Positions 47,419-56,513 of a DNA stretch of 61,563 nt are shown here, piece by piece. The notes beneath the pieces were generated by a model. It did not search any database. It had not been told where the DNA came from and saw nothing but the letters and a program-made list of their open reading frames with translations. This DNA is from a candidate division WS1 bacterium. Its GTDB lineage: Bacteria; Armatimonadota; Zipacnadia; Zipacnadales; UBA11051. Positions within the stretch are counted from its first letter, which is position 1. The number at the start of each line of letters is the position of its first letter. The DNA lies in contig JAAYSP010000175.1 in assembly GCA_012518355.1 (NCBI GenBank), positions 1-61,563 of the forward strand, read 5' to 3'. The position numbers were made by a program, and so were the translations under genes.

Positions 47419-49347
47419 ATGCAAAATGTATTGCTTCCGATGCTGGCTGTGTTAGGTCTGGTGCTATTGATACTGATGAGCTCTCCGGCGCCGGCCGCAA
47501 GTGTAGATCTGGGCAACGGTTTCATGGATCATGGAGTGGCCACACCAAACAGCAGTCATCGAGGCATAGTGGCAACCGTAGACGGCGAAGGGCGAAACGT
47601 GGTACTGATGTGGCTGCTCGATCACAGGGGTTGCGCCTCTTTGCTCGTCGTAGACCTTGAGACCGGCGACAGCCACCAACGCACCATTCCTTTCCATCCA
47701 CGCTCAGATAGCCCTTTTGCCTCCATACTGTCGAGTAAAAACCGCTACTATACTCACTTTGCCAGCCATTTTTTAGAGTATGACCCAGCTACCGATGAGT
47801 TCACTTTTTTCCACGAAACGGCTCCACAGATGGCCATGAGCATGACTGAGGACGACAATGGTGTGATCTGGGCGGCCACATATCCTCAGAGTGAAGTGGT
47901 GTCATACAACCCGGAGACCGGCGAGTTGCGCGACTATGGTCAGGTGTATACGCAAAACTGGGCACAGTATCCCCGTTCTATTGCTGCTGACGACCAGGGG
48001 TGGATATATTTCGGCATCGGCAGTACAGCTAGTCAAATCATAATCCTGAATCCAGAGTCCGGTCAGGCTTCGATAGTCCTGGCAGAAGATGAACGGGTGC
48101 AGGCCTACGCGACAGTATACCGCGATGAAAATGGTAAGGTTTATGGCACTGACGGATCGGAGCAGGATGCTGCCTGGTTCGAACTGTATGAAGGCAAGGC
48201 CACCAGAATCACGGCTCCGGAGGAGCAAAATCCTAAGAGCTATATAGCTGGTAGCCAGGATTTGTTCCACCGCAGCTTCCCCGATGGCAAAATGTTGCAT
48301 AGCTGCAACCTGTATACGCGCAAAATCGTCGTCGAAGACCCCGTTACCGGGCAGAGCAAAGAGTTGCCCTTCGACTACATAAGTGAGGGAGCACATCTGA
48401 TGGGGTTGGCGACCGCGCCAAACGGTACCATTGCAGGCGGCACTGCATTTCCCATGTGCTTTTTCAACTACGATCCGGCTACTGACGAGTGGACTAACCA
48501 CCCGTGCTGGGGCCAATGGAATGTAGTTGTACCTGGCAACGACCGTTTTTATGTCGGCGTGTACCTGGGCGGCGGCTTACTTGAGTGGGACCCAAATCGC
48601 CAGTGGGTGCCTCTCGAGGACAGCAGTGGTGAACACAACCCACGTCGGCTACATCGCAGCACCAGTCCGGAAATCGTCCGCCCGAGTTGCATGATAGTAC
48701 ACCCGGACGGCAAGACGTTGATCCTGGGGGGGACGCCGGCTTACGGACACACTGGCGGCGGGATGCTCATCTTCGATCTGGAAACCCGGACTCCCACCGT
48801 ACTTGCTCATGAGGATTTGCTCCAGTATCACTCCATCAACAGCATGGTGCCGCTCGATAGCGGCAAGCTGCTGGTCGGATCCACTGTGAGTGCAGGCACT
48901 GGTGGCGAACGCAAAGCGGAGCAAGCCGAACTGTACATCTTCGATATGGCCACCAGGCAAATCGAGTGGCATGCCCCGGTCATCCCCGACGTTTCCGGCT
49001 TCAATGCGATGCTGAAGGGCCCTGGCGACCTGGTGTTCATCTTCGCGGATCGCAAGGAGTTCCTGGTTTTTGACACGTCTAAGCGCGAGGTTATCCACCA
49101 GGAAAACACTGAGGCCACTCTCGGATACACCAACTTTCAGCAGGGGCCGCGTGTGTTCGTCACGTCACCTGAAGGCGACATTTACGTCTTGTTTACACGA
49201 AGGATTGCCTCGCTCAATCCGGAGACCTTCGAAATCACGATGCTGGCCGAGTCGCCGGTTGCGATCGGCCCTGGCGGCGACTACCTGAACGGTCGGATAT
49301 ACTTTGGCAGCGGGTCGCACATGTACAGCTATGGCGTCGAGGAGTAG
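47419..49347 (+). CDS. Secreted propeller-like repeat protein, tandem paralog 3 of 4
   Basis: 642 aa, collinear with paralogs 1 and 2 but more diverged throughout. Same start context. Confidence 0.7.
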   Translation: MQNVLLPMLAVLGLVLLILMSSPAPAASVDLGNGFMDHGVATPNSSHRGIVATVDGEGRNVVLMWLLDHRGCASLLVVDLETGDSHQRTIPFHPRSDSPFASILSSKNRYYTHFASHFLEYDPATDEFTFFHETAPQMAMSMTEDDNGVIWAATYPQSEVVSYNPETGELRDYGQVYTQNWAQYPRSIAADDQGWIYFGIGSTASQIIILNPESGQASIVLAEDERVQAYATVYRDENGKVYGTDGSEQDAAWFELYEGKATRITAPEEQNPKSYIAGSQDLFHRSFPDGKMLHSCNLYTRKIVVEDPVTGQSKELPFDYISEGAHLMGLATAPNGTIAGGTAFPMCFFNYDPATDEWTNHPCWGQWNVVVPGNDRFYVGVYLGGGLLEWDPNRQWVPLEDSSGEHNPRRLHRSTSPEIVRPSCMIVHPDGKTLILGGTPAYGHTGGGMLIFDLETRTPTVLAHEDLLQYHSINSMVPLDSGKLLVGSTVSAGTGGERKAEQAELYIFDMATRQIEWHAPVIPDVSGFNAMLKGPGDLVFIFADRKEFLVFDTSKREVIHQENTEATLGYTNFQQGPRVFVTSPEGDIYVLFTRRIASLNPETFEITMLAESPVAIGPGGDYLNGRIYFGSGSHMYSYGVEE

Positions 49348-49452
49348 CAAGTCGGATCAGGTCAAACTATAAACGGTAGGAACCGACATGAACCCGATGC
49401 CGGTTCCTCCACCATGTATTTCCATTTCTAAGTGTACCTGGAGGCGTAGCTT

Positions 49453-51363
49453 GTGGCTATCACAGATCTCGCGCTTAGCATCCTGTGCATTGCCGCACTT
49501 GCAATCATGGCAGTGCAGACTGCGCAAGCACAGACCGAAGATGGTTTCACCGATCACGGCGTGGCAGCGGCTGTATCGAGTTCACGAGGAGCTGTAGCGA
49601 CAGTTGACGGCGATGGAAATCGCCTACTGTTGGTGTGGCTGTCCGACTATCAGGCATGCCGTTCGATGCTGGTCGTGGATGTGGCGACCGGAGAAACCGA
49701 ACAGGTGAGCTTCGAACGCCCCGCTCATGATTCTCCGTTTGCCTTCGTCCTATCCAGTCGCAACAGATACTACTCACAATTCGCTGACCGTTTCTATGAA
49801 TTCGATCCGCTGACCCGGACCTTCACCTTCGTCGGGCAGACGCCGTCACGCTGCGCCATGTCCATGACCGAGGCCCCCGATGGTGTGATCTGGGCCGGTC
49901 TGTATCCCGAATCCAGCATCGTCAGCTTCGATCCTGACAGTGGGGAGTTGACTGCTTATCCGAAACTGAACGAAGAGAACTGGGCACAATATCCCAGTTC
50001 GATAGCTGTGGATGATGCCGGGTGGGTCTACATAGGGATTGGCAACACGGAAGGGCAGGTTGTGGGCCTCCATCCGCCGTCAGGCGAGACCCGCAAGTAT
50101 ATCGCCGAAGACCAACGCACACTGGGTGCCGGCAGGGTGTTCCGTGGTACTGACGGGCAGGTTTACGCCACTGGCCCGGGCTGGAGTTGGCACATTCTCA
50201 GTAACGGCGATGCCGCAGCTCTGAATGCTGAAAAGCCCCCGGTAAATCCCATGCCGATAAAAGCCGCATCCTGGCAACAGGTTTTCCCGGATTTTCCCGA
50301 CGGTAGCAAGATAGAAGAGCTGAACATACCGGAGCGTTATCTGGAACTCAAGGAAACAGATGGTACGGTTCGGGAGGTGACCTTCGACTACGAATCTGAA
50401 GGTTGCCATGTCATGTCGATTCAACTGGGGCCCGACAGCGCACTCTACGGCTCCACCGGCCATCCACTCCGCGTCTATCACTTCGATCCACAATCGGGGC
50501 AGATGGCCCACAACGGTTTACTTGGCGACATGGGGCATCTGAATGCTATGACCGTGCAGGGAGAGTTGATTTACGGCGCCCAGTACGGCGGCGGAATACT
50601 GCACTGCTACGACCCTGCTATGCCGTGGCAGGATCGCCATCCGGATACTCCCAATCCGCGTCGGCTCGGTGCCGCTCAGCCTGAGATCAACCGACCCGCT
50701 GCACTGCTTGCACATCCCGATGGTCGCCACCTAATCATGGCGGGAACGCCGGGGTATGGACGCACCGGTGGAGGTCTGTACATATATGATCTGGAAACCG
50801 ATACCGATGAAGTGCTCCCTCACGAACAGTTGCTGGAAAACCTCAGCACTTGCGCCCTGGTAGCGCTGCCTGACGGCAATCTCGTGGGCTCTACCACCGT
50901 GCACCCGGGCACCGGTGGAGAGACCAGGGCCACTGAAGCGGAGCTGTATATGTTCGACATGGCCTCACGTACCGTGGTGTGGCGAGAAGCAATACTCCCG
51001 GGGCGAGACTGGCTCACCGACCTGCTGCTGGGGCCTGACGGGCTGATCTATGGGATTGCCGCCGACTCGACCTTCTTCGCATTCGACCCCGCGACCAAGG
51101 CACTGGTGCACGAAGAGATGCTCGCAGAGACGTACGGTCCACCGGCGGGCTCGCAGGCTCCGCGCATCATGCTCAACGGTCCGGATGGCAACATCTACGT
51201 GCTCTTCCAGCGCTCCATCGTCCGAGTTGAGCCAGGCAGCTTTGAACACATGAAGCTCGCCGACAGCCCTGTTCCTATCCATGCAGGATTAGTGTGGCTG
51301 GATGGGAGCATCTATTTCAGCAACGGCTCCCACCTGTGGAGCTACAAGGTACCCGGATTGTGA
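49453..51363 (+). CDS. Secreted propeller-like repeat protein, divergent paralog 4 of 4
   Basis: GTG start with GGAGG upstream. Signal peptide LSILCIAALAIMAVQTAQA. It shares family landmarks (DGFTDHGVA, SPFA..LSS.NRYY..FA, NWAQYPSS, GTPGYG.TGGG..I.DLET, ELYMFDM, G.IYF.NGSHLWSY), but by eye under half of the positions are identical. Confidence 0.7.
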   Translation: MAITDLALSILCIAALAIMAVQTAQAQTEDGFTDHGVAAAVSSSRGAVATVDGDGNRLLLVWLSDYQACRSMLVVDVATGETEQVSFERPAHDSPFAFVLSSRNRYYSQFADRFYEFDPLTRTFTFVGQTPSRCAMSMTEAPDGVIWAGLYPESSIVSFDPDSGELTAYPKLNEENWAQYPSSIAVDDAGWVYIGIGNTEGQVVGLHPPSGETRKYIAEDQRTLGAGRVFRGTDGQVYATGPGWSWHILSNGDAAALNAEKPPVNPMPIKAASWQQVFPDFPDGSKIEELNIPERYLELKETDGTVREVTFDYESEGCHVMSIQLGPDSALYGSTGHPLRVYHFDPQSGQMAHNGLLGDMGHLNAMTVQGELIYGAQYGGGILHCYDPAMPWQDRHPDTPNPRRLGAAQPEINRPAALLAHPDGRHLIMAGTPGYGRTGGGLYIYDLETDTDEVLPHEQLLENLSTCALVALPDGNLVGSTTVHPGTGGETRATEAELYMFDMASRTVVWREAILPGRDWLTDLLLGPDGLIYGIAADSTFFAFDPATKALVHEEMLAETYGPPAGSQAPRIMLNGPDGNIYVLFQRSIVRVEPGSFEHMKLADSPVPIHAGLVWLDGSIYFSNGSHLWSYKVPGL

Positions 51364-51541
51364 GTAGGTCGTCGGGACGCTTCCGCCATCGCTACTATTT
51401 CTTGTGGTTTCGCTGACGGTGCGATGGGCAGAGGCAAGTGTCTATCAAGTCTGGGAGAGGTCCCTGGACACCCGGTTCACCGGCCGGGCAGGTGTTCGGA
51501 GGTCGAACCCACAATCTGCAATTCACAAAGGTGATTCTGTC

Positions 51542-54500
51542 ATGAGGATTCTCAGCAGTTTTTTCGGATTGATAGCTATCGGGATGGTGATGGTCATGTC
51601 CACTGTTGGTTCACCAGGGCACGCGAAAACAGCCAGCCACATAGTCACCGCTGAAATGCGTGCCAATGCACTGGCAAATGTCGAACGCTACGAGTGGGCG
51701 AAGGCTCAGCAAGGGCGGGCGATAAATGCGGCCCGCAAGTATGCTGAGATGTCGGATGAGGAGCTATGGCGCATGGTGCCGAGCCAGTGGGTGCCGCGTA
51801 ACGCCAGCATTCACACAACTGCCGGATGCCCCAACTGCGGCGAGGAGCTTTTCACCGTAGTGGCTGCTTCGATCCCTGACCGCTACTCATACAACCATCA
51901 AGCCCGCCCGTGGAAGCTACAGTGCCGCAACTGCCAGACTGCGTTCCCGTCCAACGACTATGGCGCATACTACGAGTCCGGCCTGGATGATCGAGGTGAA
52001 TTTGATCCGGACAGGGCCGATGCCGCTCTTCTGTTCAATCCCGACCACCCCGACCCTGCAGATCCTGACCACAGGAAGTGGGTGGACGATGGTTTTGGGC
52101 TCACGTACGGAGACGAGACACTGACATTCATCGCCTACTACACCTTCAAGCTGTGGCGTGAGTGCATCAGTGCCGCACGGACACTGGCTTACGCGTATGC
52201 GCTGACCAGCGACCCGTTGTACGCACACAAAGCCGATGTGCTTGTGGACCGTTTTGCCGACATATACCCGAACATAGACTACTCGTTTGTGGCACGCAAC
52301 GGTTGGGGCATATCCGACGGCGGCAGCCGCAAGGGCATGATCCAGGGGCGCATCTGGGAGACCTGGACTGCAGAAGACCTCTCATATGCCTACGATGTAT
52401 GCTACGAGGCTATGCTGCGGGACACTGAGTTGATTGCTTTCACCGCCCGAATGCGCGAGCAGTATCCCGGGCTGGACGCCAAACCGGATGCAGCCGCTCT
52501 CACCCAGCATATCGAAGACAACCTGGTAACGCTGTTTTGTGAGGCTGTGGTTGACGAAAACATCGCGGGCAACGTGGGCATGACACAGGAAGCGATGGGC
52601 ATGTCCGCTATTGCCCTGGATGACCCTGTGAAGACAGAGCGTTATCTGGACTGGCTGTTTGAGCCGGGCAAGGGCATGATCCCGACGATTCTGGTGGATC
52701 TGGTGACTCGTGATGGCCCCTCTTTTGAGGGCGCTCCGGGCTACTCTACGTCGACACGAAACCTGATCCCGGTTGCTGACCTGCTCCGCACCTATCAGGG
52801 CTATGACAAACATGACATGTATCGTGATTATCCGAAGATGAAACAGGTATTCATGGCGGCTGAAGCCTTCCGCATCCTGAACTCCTTCACCCCCGCGATT
52901 GGCGATTCGAGCAAGTCACAGCACTACAGCGAGTCAAGGTTTCCCGTCGAAACACTGATTCGAGGATTCCGGGCCTATGAAGACGAGGATCTGGCGCGCC
53001 AGGTGTGGCACTCGGCAAAATATGATACCACAGAGTTGGAGAAGCAGCTCGACATTTTCGACGAGGAGCCCCAGAAGCTGATAGATGATCTGGTAGCTCT
53101 CAAGCCGCCTACGCCAGTCAGACTGAACAGTGTCAACAACTCGGGCTACGGACTGGCTATCCTGCAGCCGGAGGATGCGGATAAGGGTTGTGCAGCCTTC
53201 ACGTATTACGGCCGAACTGCTGGCTCGCACCCGCACCTGGACCGCCTCAATCTGGGGATCTTTTTCCGCACCTTCGTGATGAACCCCGACCTGGGCTATC
53301 CGGAGTATACGGGCAGGTGGCCAAAGCGTCACGCCTGGACAAAGCACACCGCCAGCCACAATACGGTACTCGTAAACGACCGTCAACAACTGCCGAATTG
53401 GAGCGGCAAGACCGATCTCTTCATCGGTGGCGATCTGGCTCGTCTGTCCATAATTGACGGTGGCCCGGTATACGAAAACGTAACTACCTATCGGCGGGCG
53501 ACAGGCCTGATCGACGTACCGGATACTGACAGCTATGTGGTAGATGTGTTCTGGGTGCGCGGGGGTAGCAATCACCGGATGATAAACAACGGTTCCGGTC
53601 AGGAAGTCACCCACGAAAATCTCGCGCTCGTACACCAGCCAACCGGCACTTTTGCAGGCCCCGACATCCCCTTTGCCACTCCGCTGAAGGAGCCTGGAGT
53701 GCTGGACTTCGCGCAGGAGTACCACTCTGAAAACTGTGCTGCCTTCTCCTATATGTATGATGTATATCGCGGCAACGCGACATCTGATAGCTCGTGGGTG
53801 GACTGGAAGATCGTGCGCAAGGACATGAGCGTGCCCGAAGACCGGTCACCACATCTGCGCATGTACTCGCTGTCAGAGGTAGACGAAATCGCCATAACTA
53901 GAGGTGACCCGCCTCACCACCGCTATCCTGACAACTATCTGCGCTATGTGGTGCGAAGTCGCCTGGGCGATGACCTCGAGAGTCAGTTCGTCACCGTGTT
54001 GGAGCCATATGAGCCCGACCCGTTCATCGCCTCTGCACACTCGCTGCCGCTAGACAGCCATGATGGCGAGGGATTTGCCGCTGCTGTACAGGTGGAGCTG
54101 CTGAACGGCGACCGAGACATCACGATAATCGCAGAGAATCCGGGGCGCATCACCGTGGCGGGCGTCACGCTTGAGGGGCAGTTTGGCTTCATACGTCTGC
54201 GCGGAGATCAGGTAGTGGCCGCCAGGATGGCCCGTGGAACCAGTCTGCGCTACCGCGACTTCGAGTTGACCACCGAGTACGGAGAGCTGTCAGGCACGCT
54301 GACCGGTTTTGACGCCTCTGATTGGCGCGACAACCTCCTGCGCTTGAGCACCTCAGTGACTCCCGATGGTGTCCGTGCCGAGGAACTCATCGGCAACTAC
54401 ATCATAGTGCGCAACTCAGAGCGCTCCTGTGGCTGCTATCCCATCCGCGATGTGCGTGACAATGGCATGGTCATATCACTGGGCGACAAGACGCTTGTCG

Positions 54501-54613
54501 AGCGCTTCGTGGATCCGAACGACTACGAGCAGGGTGTGGTCTACAACGTCGCAGAAGGCGATGAATTCATGATCGCCACCAGTGCGCAATTCCTGCTAAC
54601 TCAGCCAGACTGA
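51542..54613 (+). CDS. Secreted heparinase II/III-like protein (alginate-lyase-like N-domain + Hepar_II_III C-domain) with Cys4 insertion
   Basis: Start MRILSSFFGLIAIGMVMVMSTVGSPGHA (signal). Motifs GSHPHLDRLNLGIF and TASHNTVLVND are as in heparinase II/III. CPNC...CRNC lies at 51827-51934. The ORF opens at 51404. Confidence 0.8.
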   Translation: MRILSSFFGLIAIGMVMVMSTVGSPGHAKTASHIVTAEMRANALANVERYEWAKAQQGRAINAARKYAEMSDEELWRMVPSQWVPRNASIHTTAGCPNCGEELFTVVAASIPDRYSYNHQARPWKLQCRNCQTAFPSNDYGAYYESGLDDRGEFDPDRADAALLFNPDHPDPADPDHRKWVDDGFGLTYGDETLTFIAYYTFKLWRECISAARTLAYAYALTSDPLYAHKADVLVDRFADIYPNIDYSFVARNGWGISDGGSRKGMIQGRIWETWTAEDLSYAYDVCYEAMLRDTELIAFTARMREQYPGLDAKPDAAALTQHIEDNLVTLFCEAVVDENIAGNVGMTQEAMGMSAIALDDPVKTERYLDWLFEPGKGMIPTILVDLVTRDGPSFEGAPGYSTSTRNLIPVADLLRTYQGYDKHDMYRDYPKMKQVFMAAEAFRILNSFTPAIGDSSKSQHYSESRFPVETLIRGFRAYEDEDLARQVWHSAKYDTTELEKQLDIFDEEPQKLIDDLVALKPPTPVRLNSVNNSGYGLAILQPEDADKGCAAFTYYGRTAGSHPHLDRLNLGIFFRTFVMNPDLGYPEYTGRWPKRHAWTKHTASHNTVLVNDRQQLPNWSGKTDLFIGGDLARLSIIDGGPVYENVTTYRRATGLIDVPDTDSYVVDVFWVRGGSNHRMINNGSGQEVTHENLALVHQPTGTFAGPDIPFATPLKEPGVLDFAQEYHSENCAAFSYMYDVYRGNATSDSSWVDWKIVRKDMSVPEDRSPHLRMYSLSEVDEIAITRGDPPHHRYPDNYLRYVVRSRLGDDLESQFVTVLEPYEPDPFIASAHSLPLDSHDGEGFAAAVQVELLNGDRDITIIAENPGRITVAGVTLEGQFGFIRLRGDQVVAARMARGTSLRYRDFELTTEYGELSGTLTGFDASDWRDNLLRLSTSVTPDGVRAEELIGNYIIVRNSERSCGCYPIRDVRDNGMVISLGDKTLVERFVDPNDYEQGVVYNVAEGDEFMIATSAQFLLTQPD

Positions 54614-54792
54614 CGACCAGAACCTGCAAGTGTGGCTGACTGCAGCTTTGGGCGGGCGATGCTATCGTGGCGTCGCCCGCCTGTCGTGATTGTGTGCAGA
54701 CCACACTTAGGACTACAGCAAACGGAGAGCATGTCTCCTGACAGGCAAGGTCACCTTACAGGCATGCCCCGACGTCCCGGGAGTGTCGCCGC

Positions 54793-54907
54793 CTATAGCC
54801 GCTTCAGAGTCTTCAGCGCAGCCTCGACGTACAGCTCACCGGAGCCGGGTGCGAGGTAGCTGGTGCGTTTCAGCGTCAACTCGTACCCGCCCTCTTCATA
54901 GGTCTGG
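54793..54907 (-). pseudogene. 3'-terminal remnant of an additional ceramidase-like paralog
   Basis: The minus strand reads QTYEEGGYELTLKRTSYLAPGSGELYVEAALKTLKRL-stop. The intact neighbour ends QAYEEGGYELTLKRTSYLAPGSGGLYATAALETLERL-stop (54939). The DNA repeat offset is 146 bp at the aligned stop codons (54793 vs 54939). Homology stops abruptly upstream. Confidence 0.7.
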
Positions 54908-54938
54908 GATGCCTGACGTCTTAGGAGTGTCGCTGCGT

Positions 54939-56216
54939 CTATAGCCGCTCCAGAGTCTCCAGTGCAGCCGTGGCATACAGCCCACCAGAACCGGGTGCGA
55001 GGTAGCTGGTGCGTTTCAGTGTCAACTCGTAGCCGCCCTCTTCATAGGCCTGGCGTGGGCCCAGGTAGCCCAGGCATCCGTTGGCCAGCGCCGGAAGCAT
55101 GGTCGGCATATCCTGCTGTGACTTCACGTCCAGGCCCAGCTGGCAGAACGGCTGCAGCGGTGCGGCACACAGTTGCACGCCGCCCAGGCGCATCGCATGG
55201 ATCTCGCAGCCGGCGATGTCGCCATCACGGCGTAGCATCTCGTCAAGCAACACCAGTTCGCGGGCATATATCCGCTCCTGGGTCCACTCTCCGTCCTGCT
55301 CATACAGCTCAGTTGCAGCATCCAGCTCAGTCTTGTCCGGACCACGCAGGGGCATCTGCACCATCTGGCTAGCGGTGGCAAGTGATGGTGACGCATCACG
55401 TGTCGCGCTTGCGAGCACGGTCCGGGCAGCTTCAGAAAGTCTGGCGGAGACTCGTGCCACTGCGTCGGGGCCCGAGTAGCTGCTACGGTTGTCGGGGTCG
55501 GTGAAGTCTATCTGATTGATGTCGCCCATCGCTCCGTTGAAAAACACAGTTGGAACACCCAGGGCCTGCTCTAGCGCTCCAGGGTAGTCGGCTGAGTATG
55601 CTGACCCGCTCATGAACGTGGTGTGACAGGTGAAGTTGATTATCGTGCCAAGCAGATTGTCTTGTGTGTCCCACAAGCCAAGCACAATCAGTTCGTCATC
55701 CACCGGCCCGGCCGGACATATCAAGTCTTTTTGCGGCACCTGCCCTGGGTTAGTTCGGACAGTGCCATCGGCCAGATGCCATCGGCGGTTGAAGCCGATG
55801 CCTGGCACCGCGCCAGAACCGCCACTCATGCGCGCTTCTACAGCTCGGTTCTGAGCGCAAATCACCGCTGTCGCCGCCTGACGTGCAACCCAGTCACAGT
55901 AGGCACTATCTGCCTCGCTCATCAACACCTCTGCAGTGGGGCCGCCGCTATGTGTGTGCGTGGCGCTGATGAGCACCTGCTGTGAAGTCATCCCCAGATG
56001 CTTTTGCACCACCTCACGGGCTCGTGAAGCCACGCGTGCATCGAACGACACGCAATCCACTGCCACCAGGGCCAGGGCGGTGTCAGGGTTTTCGAGATAG
56101 ACTGCTGAAGCGCGCAACTGGTCATGTACTCCGGTGGCAAAGCGCTTGTGAAAACCTCCCGGCATTTCATAGTCCAGTGGGGGAGTGATATATGTCGTGT
56201 AGAAGCCTGCTCTCAC
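54939..56216 (-). CDS. Neutral/alkaline ceramidase N-terminal-domain-like hydrolase (short form 2), no signal peptide
   Basis: GTG start with GAGGTGA upstream. MRAGFYTTYITPPLDYEMPGGFHKRFATGVHDQLRASAVYL...VDCVS...SATHTHSGGP. Confidence 0.7.
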   Translation of the reverse strand: MRAGFYTTYITPPLDYEMPGGFHKRFATGVHDQLRASAVYLENPDTALALVAVDCVSFDARVASRAREVVQKHLGMTSQQVLISATHTHSGGPTAEVLMSEADSAYCDWVARQAATAVICAQNRAVEARMSGGSGAVPGIGFNRRWHLADGTVRTNPGQVPQKDLICPAGPVDDELIVLGLWDTQDNLLGTIINFTCHTTFMSGSAYSADYPGALEQALGVPTVFFNGAMGDINQIDFTDPDNRSSYSGPDAVARVSARLSEAARTVLASATRDASPSLATASQMVQMPLRGPDKTELDAATELYEQDGEWTQERIYARELVLLDEMLRRDGDIAGCEIHAMRLGGVQLCAAPLQPFCQLGLDVKSQQDMPTMLPALANGCLGYLGPRQAYEEGGYELTLKRTSYLAPGSGGLYATAALETLERL

Positions 56217-56513
56217 GGTTTCACCTCGAAACTTGCCACGTCAGAGAAAACAGTGGCTGAAGTGTCTCTGATGCATAGATATATCAGTTCGTGCTGTGCA
56301 TCGTGCATCCCTTTCATCTAGCACAAACGAGATACAACTGAGCGCGGGATCTGCTGCTTATGTCTGATTTCACCAGTGATAGTGGTCGGCAGGCAGGACC
56401 TGTTGCAGCCGGTAGAGAACCATTCACAGATGGGGCTTCATGCCCTCGAGGTACAGTCTCCAAACGGATCAAGTCTGTTTCTGAGCACACATGATAACCA
56501 GAAGGAGTCTGAC

